Positions 27,169 to 42,200 of a stretch of 64,000 nucleotides of DNA are shown in pieces. The stretch lies in NCBI RefSeq assembly GCF_009914755.1, contig NC_060933.1. One strand, given 5' to 3'. Position 1 is the first letter of the stretch. Every line of letters starts with the position of its first letter. The notes under the pieces were generated by a model, which had not been told where the DNA came from, searched no databases, and saw nothing but the letters and a program-made list of their open reading frames with translations. Both the position numbers and the translations under genes were made by a program. This DNA is from the human T2T-CHM13v2.0 reference genome, Homo sapiens.

Positions 27169-30100
27169 AGAAGCATTCTCAGAAACTTCCTTGTGATGTG
27201 TGTACTCAAGTAACAGAGTTGAACCTTCCTTTTGACAGAGCAGTTTTGAAGCACTCTTTTTGTAGAATCTGCAAGTGGATATTTTGATACCTTTGAGGAT
27301 TTCGTTGGACACGGGATATCTTCATATAAAATCTAGACAGAAGCATTCTCAGAAACTTCTTTGTGCTGTATGTCCTCAATTAACAGAGTTGAACCTTTGT
27401 GTGGATACAGCATTTTGGAAACATTCCTTTAGTAGAATCTGCAAGTTGATATTTAGATAGCTAGGAAGATTTCCTTGGAAACGGGAATATCTTCATATAA
27501 AATCTAGACGGAAGCATTCTCAGAAAGTGCTTTGTGATGTCTTCATTCAAGTCACAGAGTAGAATGTTCCCTTTTATAGAGCAGGTTTGAAACACTCTTT
27601 CTGCACTACCTGGAAGTGGACATTTGGAGCGCTTTGAGGCCTATGTTGAAAAACGAAATATCTTCCCATAAAAACTAGACAGAAGCATTCTCAGAAACTT
27701 GTTTGTGATGTGTGTATTCAACTAACAGAGATGAACCTTTCTTTTTACAGAGCAGTTTTGAAACACTCTTTTTGTGGAATCTGAAAGTGGATATTTGGAT
27801 AGCTTTGAGGATTTCGTTGGAAACGGGATTACATATAAAACCTAGAGAGAAGCATTCTCAGGAACTTCTTTGTGATGTTTGCCTTCAAGTCACAGGACTG
27901 AACATTCCCTTTCATAGAGCAGGTTTGAAACACTCTTTCTGTAGTATCTGCAAGCTGACGTTTCAAGCGCTTTCAGGCCTATGGTGACAAAGGAAATATC
28001 TTCAAGTAAAAACTAGACAGAAGCATTCTCAGAAACTTATTTGCCATGTGTGTTCTCAACTAACAGAGTTGAACCTTTGTTTTGATATGGCATTTTGGAA
28101 ACACTCTTTTTGTAGAATCTGCAGGTGGATATTCGGATAGCTTTGAAGGTTTCGTTGGAAACGGGAATATCTTCATATAAAATCTAGACGGAAGCATTCT
28201 CAGAAACTGCTTTGTGATGTTTTCATTCAAGTCACAGAGTAGAATGTTCCCTGTTATATACCAGGTTTGAGACACTCTTTCTGCACTACCTGGAAGTGGA
28301 CGTTTGGAGCGCTTTGAGGCCTATGTTGAAAAAGGAAATATCTTCCCATAAAAACTAGACAGAAGCATTCTCAGAAACTTGTTTGTGATGTGTGTATTCA
28401 ACTAACAGAGATGAACCTTTCTTTTTACAGAGCAGTTTTGAAACACTCTTTTTGTGGAATCTGAAAGTGGATATTTGGATAGCTTTGAGGATTTCGTTGG
28501 AAACGGGATTACATATAAAACCTAGAGAGAAGCATTCTCAGGAACTTCTTTGTGATGTTTGCATTCAAGTCACAGAACTCAACATTCCCTTTCATAGAGC
28601 AGGTTTGAAACACTCTTTCTGTAGTATCTGCAAGCTGACGTTTCAAGCGCTTTCAGGCCTATGGTGAGAAAGGAAATATCTTCAAGTAAAAACTAGACAG
28701 AAGCATTCTCAGAAACTTATTTGCGATGTGTGTTCTCAACTAACAGAGTTGAACCTTTGTTTTGATATGGCATTTTGGAAACACTCTTTTTGTAGAATCT
28801 GCAGGTGGATATTCGGATAGCTTTGAAGGTTTCGTTGGAAACGGGAATATCTTCATATAAAATCTAGACGGAAGCATTCTCAGAAACTGCTTTGTGATGT
28901 TTTCATTCAAGTCACAGAGTAGAATGTTCCCTGTTATATACGAGGTTTGAGACACTCTTTCTGCACTACCTGGAAGTGGACATTTGCAGCGCTTTGAGGC
29001 CTATGATGAAAAAGGAAATATCTTCCCATAAAAACTAGACAGAAGCATTCTCAGAAACTTGTTTGTGATGTGTGTATTCAACTAACAGAGATGAACCTTT
29101 CTTTTTACAGAGCAGTTTTGAAACACTCTTTTTGTGGAATCTGAAAGTGGATATTTGGATAGCTTTGAGGATTTCGTTGGAAACGGGATTACATATAAAA
29201 TCTAGAGAGAAGCATTCTCAGGAACTTCTTTGTGATGTTTGCATTCACGTCACAGAACTGAACATTCCCTTTCATAGAGCATGTTTGAAACACTCTTTCT
29301 GTAGTATCTGCAAACGGACATTTCAAACGCTTTCAGGCCTATGGTGAGAAAGGAAATATCTTCAAATAAAAACTAGACAGAAGCATTCTCAGAAACTTAT
29401 TTGCGATGTGTGTCCTCAACTAACAGAGTTGAACCTTTCTTTTGATACAACATTTTGGAAACACTCTTTTTGTAGAATCTGCAAGTGGATATTTGAATAG
29501 CTTTGAAGGTTTCGTTGGAAACGGGAATATCTTCATATAAAATCAAGACAGAAGCATTCTCAGAAACTTCTCTGTGATGTTTGCATTCAACTCATAGAGT
29601 TGAACACTTCCCTTCATACAGCAGGTTTGAAACACTCTTTTTGTAATATTTGGAAGTGGACATTTGCAGCGCTTTGAGGCCTATGATGAAAAAGGTAATA
29701 TCTTCCCATAAAAACTAGACAGAAGCATTCTCAGAAACTTGTTTGTGATGTGTGTATTCAACTAACAGAGATGAACCTTTCTTTTTACAGAGCAGTTTTG
29801 AAACACTCTTTTTGTGGAATCTGAAAGTGGATATTTGGATAGCTTTGCGGATTTCGTTGGAAACGGGATTACATATAAAATCTAGGGAGAAGCATTCTCA
29901 GGAACTTCTTTGTGATGTTTGCATTCAAGTCACAGAACTGAACATTCCCTTTCATAGAGCAGGTTTGAAACACTCTTTCTGTAGTATCTGCAAGCGGACG
30001 TTTTAAGCGCTTTCAGGCCTGTGGTGAGAAAGGAAATATCTTCAAATAAAAACTAGACAGAAGTATTCTCAGAAACTTATTTGCGATGTGTGTCCTCAAC

Positions 30101-30400
30101 TAACAGAGTTGAACCTTTCTTTTGATACAACATTTTGGAAACACTCTTTTTGTAGAATCTGCAAGTGGATATTTGGATAGCTTTGAAGGTTTCGTTGGAA
30201 ACGGGAATATCTTCATATGAAATCAAGACAGAAGCATTCTCAGAAACTTCTCTGTGATGTTTGCATTCAACTCATAGAGTTGAACACTTCCCTTCATACA
30301 GCAGGTTTGAAACACTCTTTTTCTAATATTTGGAAGTGGACATTTGCAGCGCTTTGAGGCCTATGTTGAAAAAGGAAATATCTTCTCCTAAAAACCAGAC
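27169..30400 (+). repeat. 19-mer HOR (3232 bp), 4-mer order A-A-B-C
   Basis: Two consecutive A-type 4-mers (ORFs 27712, 28392), then B (29072) and C (29752). Confidence 0.93.
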
Positions 30401-33299
30401 AGAAGCATTCTCAGAAACTTCCTTGTGATGTGTGTACTCAAGTAACAGAGTTGAACCTTCCTTTTGACAGAGCAGTTTTGAAGCACTCTTTTTGTAGAAT
30501 CTGCAAGTGGATATTTTGATACCTTTGAGGATTTCGTTGGACACGGGATATCTTCATATAAAATCTAGACAGAAGCATTCTCAGAAACTTCTTTGTGCTG
30601 TATGTCCTCAATTAACAGAGTTGAACCTTTGTGTGGATACAGCATTTTGGAAACATTCCTTTAGAAGAATCTGCAAGTTGATATTTAGATAGCTAGGAAG
30701 ATTTCCTTGGAAACGGGAATATCTTCATATAAAATCTAGACGGAAGCATTCTCAGAAAGTGCTTTGTGATGTTTGCATTCAAGTCACAGAGTTGAATATT
30801 CCCTTTTATAGAGCAGGTTTGAAACACTCTTTCTGCACTACCTGGAAGTGGACATTTGGAGCGCTTTGAGGCCTATGTTGAAAAAGGAAATATCTTCCCA
30901 TAAAAACTAGACAGAAGCATTCTCAGAAACTTGTTTGTGATGTGTGTATTCAACTAACAGAGATGAACCTTTCTTTTTACAGAGCAGTTTTGAAACACTC
31001 TTTTTGTGGAATCTGAAAGTGGATATTTGGATAGCTTTGAGGATTTCGTTGGAAACGGGATTACATATAAAACCTAGAGAGAAGCATTCTCAGGAACTTC
31101 TTTGTGATGTTTGCCTTCAAGTCACAGGACTGAACATTCCCTTTCATAGAGCAGGTTTGAAACACTCTTTCTGTAGTATCTGCAAGCTGACGTTTCAAGC
31201 GCTTTCAGGCCTATGGTGAGAAAGGAAATATCTTCAAGTAAAAACTAGACAGAAGCATTCTCAGAAACTTATTTGCGATGTGTGTCCTCAACTAACAGAG
31301 TTGAACCTTTGTTTTGATACGGCATTTTGGAAACACTCTTTTTGTAGAATCTGCAGGTGGATATTCGGATAGCTTTGAAGGTTTCGTTGGAAACGGGAAT
31401 ATCTTCATATAAAATCTAGACGGAAGCATTCTCAGAAACTGCTTTGTGATGTTTTCATTCAAGTCACAGAGTAGAATCTTCCCTGTTATATACCAGGTTT
31501 CAGACACTCTTTCTGCACTACCTGGAAGTGGACATTTGCAGCGCTTTGAGGCCTATGATGAAGAAGGAAATATCTTCCCATAAAAACTAGACAGAAGCAT
31601 TCTCAGAAACTTGTTTGTGATGTGTGTATTCAACTAACAGAGATGAACCTTTCTTTTTACAGAGCAGTTTTGAAACACTCTTTTTGTGGAATCTGAAAGT
31701 GGATATTTGGATAGCTTTGCGGATTTCGTTGGAAACGGGATTACATATAAAATCTAGGGAGAAGCATTCTCAGGAACTTCTTTGTGATGTTTGCATTCAA
31801 GTCACAGAACTGAACATTCCCTTTCATAGAGCAGGTTTGAAACACTCTTTCTGTAGTATCTGCAAGCGGACGTTTTAAGCGCTTTCAGGCCTGTGGTGAG
31901 AAAGGAAATATCTTCAAATAAAAACTAGACAGAAGCATTCTCAGAAACTTATTTGCGATGTGTGTCCTCAACTAACAGAGTTGAACCTTTCTTTTGATAC
32001 AACATTTTGGAAACACTCTTTTTGTAGAATCTGCAAGTGGATATTTGGATAACTTTGAAGGTTTCGTTGGAAACGGGAATATCTTCATATGAAATCAAGA
32101 CAGAAGCATTCTCAGAAACTTCTCTGTGATGTTTGCATTCAACTCATAGAGTTGAACACTTCCCTTCATACAGCAGGTTTGAAACACTCTTTTTCTAATA
32201 TTTGGAAGTGGACATTTGCAGCGCTTTGAGGCCTATGTTGAAAAAGGAAATATCTTCTCCTAAAAACCAGACAGAAGCATTCTCAGAAACTTCCTTGTGA
32301 TGTGTGTACTCAAGTAACAGAGTTGAACCTTCCTTTTGACAGAGCAGTTTTGAAGCACTCTTTTTGTAGAATCTGCAAGTGGATATTTTGATACCTTTGA
32401 GGATTTCGTTGGACACGGGATATCTTCATATGAAATCTAGACAGAAGCATTCTCAGAAACTTCTTTGTGCTGTATGTCCTCAATTAACAGAGTTGAACCT
32501 TTGTGTGGATACAGCATTTTGGAAACATTCCTTTAGTAGAATCTGCAAGTTGATATTTAGATAGCTAGGAAGATTTCCTTGGAAACGGGAATATCTTCAT
32601 ATAAAATCTAGACGGAAGCATTCTCAGAAAGTGCTTTGTGATGTTTGCATTCAAGTCACAGAGTTGAATATTCCCTTTTATAGAGCAGGTTTGAAACACT
32701 CTTTCTGCACTACCTGGAAGTGGACATTTGGAGCGCTTTGAGGCCTATGTTGAAAAAGGAAATATCTTCCCATAAAAACTAGACAGAAGCATTCTCAGAA
32801 ACTTGTTTGTGATGTGTGTATTCAACTAACAGAGATGAACCTTTCTTTTTACAGAGCAGTTTTGAAACACTCTTTTTGTGGAATCTGAAAGTGGATATTT
32901 GGATAGCTTTGAGGATTTCGTTGGAAACGGGATTACATATAAAACCTAGAGAGAAGCATTCTCAGGAACTTCTTTGTGATGTTTGCCTTCAAGTCACAGG
33001 ACTGAACATTCCCTTTCATAGAGCAGGTTTGAAACACTCTTTCTGTAGTATCTGCAAGCTGACGTTTCAAGCGCTTTCAGGCCTACGGTGAGAAAGGAAA
33101 TATCTTCAAGTAAAAACTAGACAGAAGCATTCTCAGAAACTTATTTGCCATGTGTGTTCTCAACTAACAGAGTTGAACCTTTGTTTTGATACGGCATTTT
33201 GGAAACACTCTTTTTGTAGAATCTGCAGGTGGATATTCGGATAGCTTTGAAGGTTTCGTTGGAAACGGGAATATCTTCATATAAAATCTAGACGGAAGC

Positions 33300-36200
33300 A
33301 TTCTCAGAAACTGCTTTGTGATGTTTTCATTCAAGTCACAGAGTAGAATCTTCCCTGTTATATACCAGGTTTCAGACACTCTTTCTGCACTACCTGGAAG
33401 TGGACATTTGCAGCGCTTTGAGGCCTATGATGAAAAAGGAAATATCTTCCCATAAAAACTAGACAGAAGCATTCTCAGAAACTTGTTTGTGATGTGTGTA
33501 TTCAACTAACAGAGATGAACCTTTCTTTTTACAGAGCAGTTTTGAAACACTCTTTTTGTGGAATCTGAAAGTGGATATTTGGATAGCTTTGAGGATTTCG
33601 TTGGAAACGGGATTACATATAAAATCTAGAGAGAAGCATTCTCAGGAACTTCTTTGTGATGTTTGCATTCACGTCACAGAACTGAACATTCCCTTTCATA
33701 GAGCATGTTTGAAACACTCTTTCTGTAGTATCTGCAAACGGACATTTCAAACGCTTTCAGGCCTATGGTGAGAAAGGAAATATCTTCAAATAAAAACTAG
33801 ACAGAAGCATTCTCAGAAACTTATTTGCGATGTGTGTCCTCAACTAACAGAGTTGAACCTTTCTTTTGATACAACATTTTGGAAACACTCTTTTTGTGGA
33901 ATCTGCAAGTGGATATTTGGATAGCTTTGAAGATTTCGTTGGAAACGGGAATATCTTCATATAAAATCAAGACAGAAGCATTCTCAGAAACTTCTCTGTG
34001 ATGTTTGCATTCAACTCATAGAGTTGAACACTTCCCTTCATACAGCAGGTTTGAAACACTCTTTTTGTAATATTTGGAAGTGGACATTTGCAGCGCTTTG
34101 AGGCCTATGATGAAAAAGGTAATATCTTCCCATAAAAACTAGACAGAAGCATTCTCAGAAACTTGTTTGTGATGTGTGTATTCAACTAACAGAGATGAAC
34201 CTTTCTTTTTACAGAGCAGTTTTGAAACACTCTTTTTGTGGAATCTGAAAGTGGATATTTGGATAGCTTTGCGGATTTCGTTGGAAACGGGATTACATAT
34301 AAAATCTAGGGAGAAGCATTATCAGGAACTTCTTTGTGATGTTTGCATTCAAGTCACAGAACTGAACATTCCCTTTCATAGAGCAGGTTTGAAACACTCT
34401 GTAGTATCTGCAAGCGGACGTTTTAAGCGCTTTCAGGCCTGTGGTGAGAAAAGAAATATCTTCAAATAAAAACTAGACAGAAGCATTCTCAGAAACTTAT
34501 TTGCGATGTGTGTCCTCAACTAACAGAGTTGAACCTTTCTTTTGATACAACATTTTGGAAACACTCTTTTTGTAGAATCTGCAAGTGGATATTTGGATAG
34601 CTTTGAAGGTTTCGTTGGAAACGGGAATATCTTCATATGAAATCAAGACAGAAGCATTCTCAGAAACTTCTCTGTGATGTTTGCATTCAACTCATAGAGT
34701 TGAACACTTCCCTTCATACAGCAGGTTTGAAACACTCTTTTTGTAATATTTGGAAGTGGACATTTGCAGCGCTTTGAGGCCTATGTTGAAAAAGGAAATA
34801 TCTTCTCCTAAAAACCAGACAGAAGCATTCTCAGAAACTTCCTTGTGATGTGTGTACTCAAGTAACAGAGTTGAACCTTCCTTTTGACAGAGCAGTTTTG
34901 AAGCACTCTTTTTGTAGAATCTGCAAGTGGATATTTTGATACCTTTGAGGATTTCGTTGGACACGGGATATCTTCATATAAAATCTAGACAGAAGCATTC
35001 TCAGAAACTTCTTTGTGCTGTATGTCCTCAATTAACAGAGTTGAACCTTTGTGTGGATACAGCATTTTGGAAACATTCCTTTAGTAGAATCTGCAAGTTG
35101 ATATTTAGATAGCTAGGAAGATTTCCTTGGAAACGGGAATATCTTCATATAAAATCTAGACGGAAGCATTCTCAGAAAGTGCTTTGTGATGTTTGCATTC
35201 AAGTCACAGAGTTGAATATTCCCTTTTATAGAGCAGGTTTGAAACACTCTTTCTGCACTACCTGGAAGTGGACATTTGGAGCGCTTTGAGGCCTATGTTG
35301 AAAAAGGAAATATGTTCCCATAAAAACTGGACAGAAGCATTCTCAGAAACTTGTTTGTGATGTGTGTATTCAACTAACAGAGATGAACCTTTCTTTTTAC
35401 AGAGCAGTTTTGAAACACTCTTTTTGTGGAATCTGAAAGTGGATATTTGGATAGCTTTGAGGATTTCGTTGGAAACGGGATTACATATAAAACCTAGAGA
35501 GAAGCATTCTCAGGAACTTCTTTGTGATGTTTGCATTCAAGTCACAGGACTGAACATTCCCTTTCATAGAGCAGGTTTGAAACACTCTTTCTGTAGTATC
35601 TGCAAGCTGACGTTTCAAGCGCTTTCAGGCCTATGGTGAGAAAGGAAATATCTTCAAGTAAAAACTAGACAGAAGCATTCTCAGAAACTTATTTGCCATG
35701 TGTGTTCTCAACTAACAGAGTTGAACCTTTGTTTTGATACGGCATTTTGGAAACACTCTTTTTGTAGAATCTGCAGGTGGATATTCGGATAGCTTTGAAG
35801 GTTTCGTTGGAAACGGGAATATCTTCATATAAAATCTAGACGGAAGCATTCTCAGAAACTGCTTTGTGATGTTTTCATTCAAGTCACAGAGTAGAATGTT
35901 CCCTGTTATATACCAGGTTTGAGACACTCTTTCTGCACTACCTGGAAGTGGACGTTTGGAGCGCTTTGAGGCCTATGTTGAAAAAGGAAATATCTTCCCA
36001 TAAAAACTAGACAGAAGCATTCTCAGAAACTTGTTTGTGATGTGTGTATTCAACTAACAGGGATGAACCTTTCTTATTACAGAGCAGTTTTGAAACACTC
36101 TTTTTGTGGAATCTGAAAGTGGATATTTGGATAGCTTTGAGGATTTCGTTGGAAACGGGATTACATATAAAACCTAGAGAGAAGCATTCTCAGGAACTTC

Positions 36201-39200
36201 TTTGTGATGTTTGCATTCAAGTCACAGAACTGAACATTCCCTTTCATAGAGCATGTTTGAAACACTCTTTCTGTAGTATCTGCAAACGGACATTTGAAAC
36301 GCTTTCAGGCCTATGGTGAGAAAGGAAATATCTTCAAATAAAAACTAGACAGAAGCATTCTCAGAAACTTGTTTGCGATGTGTTTCCTCAACTAACAGAG
36401 TTGAACCTTTCTTTTGATACAACATTTTGGAAACACTCTTTTTGTAGAATCTGCAAGTGGATATTTGGATAGCTTTGAAGGTTTCTTTGGAAACGGGAAT
36501 ATCTTCATATAAAATCAAGACAGAAGCATTCTCAGAAACTTCTCTGTGATGTTTGCATTCAACTCATAGAGTTGAACACTTCCCTTCATACAGCAGGTTT
36601 GAAACACTCTTTTTGTAATATTTGGAAGTGGACATTTGCAGCGCTTTGAGGCCTATGATGAAAAAGGTAATATCTTCCCATAAAAACTAGACAGAAGCAT
36701 TCTCAGAAACTTGTTTGTGATGTGTGTATTCAACTAACAGAGATGAACCTTTCTTTTTACAGAGCAGTTTTGAAACACTCTTTTTGTGGAATCTGAAAGT
36801 GGATATTTGGATAGCTTTGCGGATTTCGTTGGAAACGGGATTACATATAAAATCTAGGGAGAAGCATTCTCAGGAACTTCTTTGTGATGTTTGCATTCAA
36901 GTCACAGAACTGAACATTCCCTTTCATAGAGCAGGTTTGAAACACTCTTTCTGTAGTATCTGCAAGCGGACGTTTTAAGCGCTTTCAGGCCTGTGGTGAG
37001 AAAGGAAATATCTTCAAATAAAAACTAGACAGAAGCATTCTCAGAAACGTATTTGCGATGTGTGTCCTCAACTAACAGAGTTGAACCTTTCTTTTGATAC
37101 AACATTTTGATAACACTCTTTTTGTAGAATCTGCAAGTGGATATTTGGATAGCTTTGAAGGTTTCGTTGGAAACGGGAATATCTTCATATGAAATCAAGA
37201 CAGAAGCATTCTCAGAAACTTCTCTGTGATGTTTGCATTCAACTCATAGAGTTGAACACTTCCCTTCATACAGCAGGTTTGAAACACTCTTTTTCTAATA
37301 TTTGGAAGTGGACATTTGCAGCGCTTTGAGGCCTATGTTGAAAAAGGAAATATCTTCTCCTAAAAACCAGACAGAAGCATTCTCAGAAACTTCCTTGTGA
37401 TGTGTGTACTCAAGTAACAGAGTTGAACCTTCCTTTTGACAGAGCAGTTTTGAACCACTCTTTTTGTAGAATCTGCAAGTGGATATTTTGATACCTTTGA
37501 GGATTTCGTTGGACACGGGATATCTTCATATAAAATCTAGACAGAAGCATTCTCAGAAACTTCTTTGTGCTGTATGTCCTCAATTAACAGAGTTGAACCT
37601 TTTTGTGGATACAGCATTTTGGAAACATTCCTTTAGAAGAATCTGCAAGTAGATATTTAGATAGCTAGGAAGATTTCCTTGGAAACGGGAATATCTTCAT
37701 ATAAAATCTAGACGGAAGCATTCTCAGAAAGTGCTTTGTGATGTTTGCATTCAAGTCACAGAGTTGAATATTCCCTTTTATAGAGCAGGTTTGAAACACT
37801 CTTTCTGCACTACCTGGAAGTGGACATTTGGAGCGCTTTGAGGCCTATGTTGAAAAAGGAAATATCTTCCCATAAAAACTAGACAGAAGCATTCTCAGAA
37901 ACTTGTTTGTGATGTGTGTATTCAACTAACAGAGATGAACCTTTCTTTTTACAGAGCAGTTTTGAAACACTCTTTTTGTGGAATCTGAAAGTGGATATTT
38001 GGATAGCTTTGAGGATTTCGTTGGAAACGGGATTACATATAAAACCTAGAGAGAAGCATTCTCAGGAACTTCTTTGTGATGTTTGCCTTCAAGTCACAGG
38101 ACTGAACATTCCCTTTCATAGAGCAGGTTTGAAACACTCTTTCTGTAGTATCTGCAAGCTGACGTTTCAAGCGCTTTCAGGCCTATGGTGAGAAAGGAAA
38201 TATCTTCAAGTAAAAACTAGACAGAAGCATTCTCAGAAACTTATTTGCCATGTGTGTTCTCAACTAACAGAGTTGAACCTTTGTTTTGATACGGCATTTT
38301 GGAAACACTCTTTTTGTAGAATCTGCAGGTGGATATTCGGATAGCTTTGAAGGTTTCGTTGGAAACGGGAATATCTTCATATAAAATCTTGACGGAAGCA
38401 TTCTCAGAAACTGCTTTGTGATGTTTTCATTCAAGTCACAGAGTAGAATCTTCCCTGTTATATACCAGGTTTCAGACACTCTTTCTGCACTACCTGGAAG
38501 TGGACATTTGCAGCGCTTTGAGGCCTATGATGAAAAAGGAAATATCTTCCCATAAAAACTAGACAGAAGCATTCTCAGAAACTTGTTTGTGATGTGTGTA
38601 TTCAACTAACAGAGATGAACCTTTCTTTTTACAGAGCAGTTTTGAAACACTCTTTTTGTGGAATCTGAAAGTGGATATTTGGATAGCTTTGAGGATTTCG
38701 TTGGAAACGGGATTACATATAAAATCTAGAGAGAAGCATTCTCAGGAACTTCTTTGTGATGTTTGCATTCACGTCACAGAACTGAACATTCCCTTTCATA
38801 GAGCATGTTTGAAACACTCTTTCTGTAGTATCTGCAAACGGACATTTCAAACGCTTTCAGGCCTATGGTGAGAAAGGAAATATCTTCAAATAAAAACTAG
38901 ACAGAAGCATTCTCAGAAACTTATTTGCGATGTGTGTCCTCAACTAACAGAGTTGAACCTTTCTTTTGATACAACATTTTGGAAACACTCTTTTTGTGGA
39001 ATCTGCAAGTGGATATTTGGGTAGCTTTGAAGATTTCGTTGGAAACGGGAATATCTTCATATAAAATCAAGACAGAAGCATTCTCAGAAACTTCTCTGTG
39101 ATGTTTGCATTCAACTCATAGAGTTGAACACTTCCCTTCATACAGCAGGTTTGAAACACTCTTTTTGTAATATTTGGAAGTGGACATTTGCAGCGCTTTG

Positions 39201-42200
39201 AGGCCTATGATGAAAAAGGTAATATCTTCCCATAAAAACTAGACAGAAGCATTCTCAGAAACTTGTTTGTGATGTGTGTATTCAACTAACAGAGATGAAC
39301 CTTTCTTTTTACAGAGCAGTTTTGAAACACTCTTTTTGTGGAATCTGAAAGTGGATATTTGGATAGCTTTGCGGATTTCGTTGGAAACGGGATTACATAT
39401 AAAATCTAGGGAGAAGCATTATCAGGAACTTCTTTGTGATGTTTGCATTCAAGTCACAGAACTGAACATTCCCTTTCATAGAGCAGGTTTGAAACACTCT
39501 TTCTGTAGTATCTGCAAGCGGACGTTTTAAGCGCTTTCAGGCCTGTGGTGAGAAAAGAAATATCTTCAAATAAAAACTAGACAGAAGCATTCTCAGAAAC
39601 TTATTTGCGATGTGTGTCCTCAACTAACAGAGTTGAACCTTTCTTTTGATACAACATTTTGGAAACACTCTTTTTGTAGAATCTGCAAGTGGATATTTGG
39701 ATAGCTTTGAAGGTTTCGTTGGAAACGGGAATATCTTCATATGAAATCAAGACAGAAGCATTCTCAGAAACTTCTCTGTGATGTTTGCATTCAACTCATA
39801 GAGTTGAACACTTCCCTTCATACAGCAGGTTTGAAACACTCTTTTTGTAATATTTGGAAGTGGACATTTGCAGCGCTTTGAGGCCTATGTTGAAAAAGGA
39901 AATATCTTCTCCTAAAAACCAGACAGAAGCATTCTCAGAAACTTCCTTGTGATGTGTGTACTCAAGTAACAGAGTTGAACCTTCCTTTTGACAGAGCAGT
40001 TTTGAAGCACTCTTTTTGTAGAATCTGCAAGTGGATATTTTGATACCTTTGAGGATTTCGTTGGACACGGGATATCTTCATATAAAATCTAGACAGAAGC
40101 ATTCTCAGAAACTTCTTTGTGCTGTATGTCCTCAATTAACAGAGTTGAACCTTTGTGTGGATACAGCATTTTGGAAACATTCCTTTAGTAGAATCTGCAA
40201 GTTGATATTTAGATAGCTAGGAAGATTTCCTTGGAAACGGGAATATCTTCATATAAAATCTAGACGGAAGCATTCTCAGAAAGTGCTTTGTGATGTTTGC
40301 ATTCAAGTCACAGAGTTGAATATTCCCTTTTATAGAGCAGGTTTGAAACACTCTTTCTGCACTACCTGGAAGTGGACATTTGGAGCGCTTTGAGGCCTAT
40401 GTTGAAAAAGGAAATATGTTCCCATAAAAACTGGACAGAAGCATTCTCAGAAACTTGTTTGTGATGTGTGTATTCAACTAACAGAGATGAACCTTTCTTT
40501 TTACAGAGCAGTTTTGAAACACTCTTTTTGTGGAATCTGAAAGTGGATATTTGGATAGCTTTGAGGATTTCGTTGGAAACGGGATTACATATAAAACCTA
40601 GAGAGAAGCATTCTCAGGAACTTCTTTGTGATGTTTGCATTCAAGTCACAGGACTGAACATTCCCTTTCATAGAGCAGGTTTGAAACACTCTTTCTGTAG
40701 TATCTGCAAGCTGACGTTTCAAGCGCTTTCAGGCCTATGGTGAGAAAGGAAATATCTTCAAGTAAAAACTAGACAGAAGCATTCTCAGAAACTTATTTGC
40801 CATGTGTGTTCTCAACTAACAGAGTTGAACCTTTGTTTTGATACGGCATTTTGGAAACACTCTTTTTGTAGAATCTGCAGGTGGATATTCGGATAGCTTT
40901 GAAGGTTTCGTTGGAAACGGGAATATCTTCATATAAAATCTAGACGGAAGCATTCTCAGAAACTGCTTTGTGATGTTTTCATTCAAGTCACAGAGTAGAA
41001 TGTTCCCTGTTATATACCAGGTTTGAGACACTCTTTCTGCACTACCTGGAAGTGGACGTTTGGAGCGCTTTGAGGCCTATGTTGAAAAAGGAAATATCTT
41101 CCCATAAAAACTAGACAGAAGCATTCTCAGAAACTTGTTTGTGATGTGTGTATTCAACTAACAGGGATGAACCTTTCTTATTACAGAGCAGTTTTGAAAC
41201 ACTCTTTTTGTGGAATCTGAAAGTGGATATTTGGATAGCTTTGAGGATTTCGTTGGAAACGGGATTACATATAAAACCTAGAGAGAAGCATTCTCAGGAA
41301 CTTCTTTGTGATGTTTGCATTCAAGTCACAGAACTGAACATTCCCTTTCATAGAGCATGTTTGAAACACTCTTTCTGTAGTATCTGCAAACGGACATTTG
41401 AAACGCTTTCAGGCCTATGGTGAGAAAGGAAATATCTTCAAATAAAAACTAGACAGAAGCATTCTCAGAAACTTGTTTGCGATGTGTTTCCTCAACTAAC
41501 AGAGTTGAACCTTTCTTTTGATACAACATTTTGGAAACACTCTTTTTGTAGAATCTGCAAGTGGATATTTGGATAGCTTTGAAGGTTTCTTTGGAAACGG
41601 GAATATCTTCATATAAAATCAAGACAGAAGCATTCTCAGAAACTTCTCTGTGATGTTTGCATTCAACTCATAGAGTTGAACACTTCCCTTCATACAGCAG
41701 GTTTGAAACACTCTTTTTGTAATATTTGGAAGTGGACATTTGCAGCGCTTTGAGGCCTATGATGAAAAAGGTAATATCTTCCCATAAAAACTAGACAGAA
41801 GCATTCTCAGAAACTTGTTTGTGATGTGTGTATTCAACTAACAGAGATGAACCTTTCTTTTTACAGAGCAGTTTTGAAACACTCTTTTTGTGGAATCTGA
41901 AAGTGGATATTTGGATAGCTTTGCGGATTTCGTTGGAAACGGGATTACATATAAAATCTAGGGAGAAGCATTCTCAGGAACTTCTTTGTGATGTTTGCAT
42001 TCAAGTCACAGAACTGAACATTCCCTTTCATAGAGCAGGTTTGAAACACTCTTTCTGTAGTATCTGCAAGCGGACGTTTTAAGCGCTTTCAGGCCTGTGG
42101 TGAGAAAGGAAATATCTTCAAATAAAAACTAGACAGAAGCATTCTCAGAAACTTATTTGCGATGTGTGTCCTCAACTAACAGAGTTGAACCTTTCTTTTG

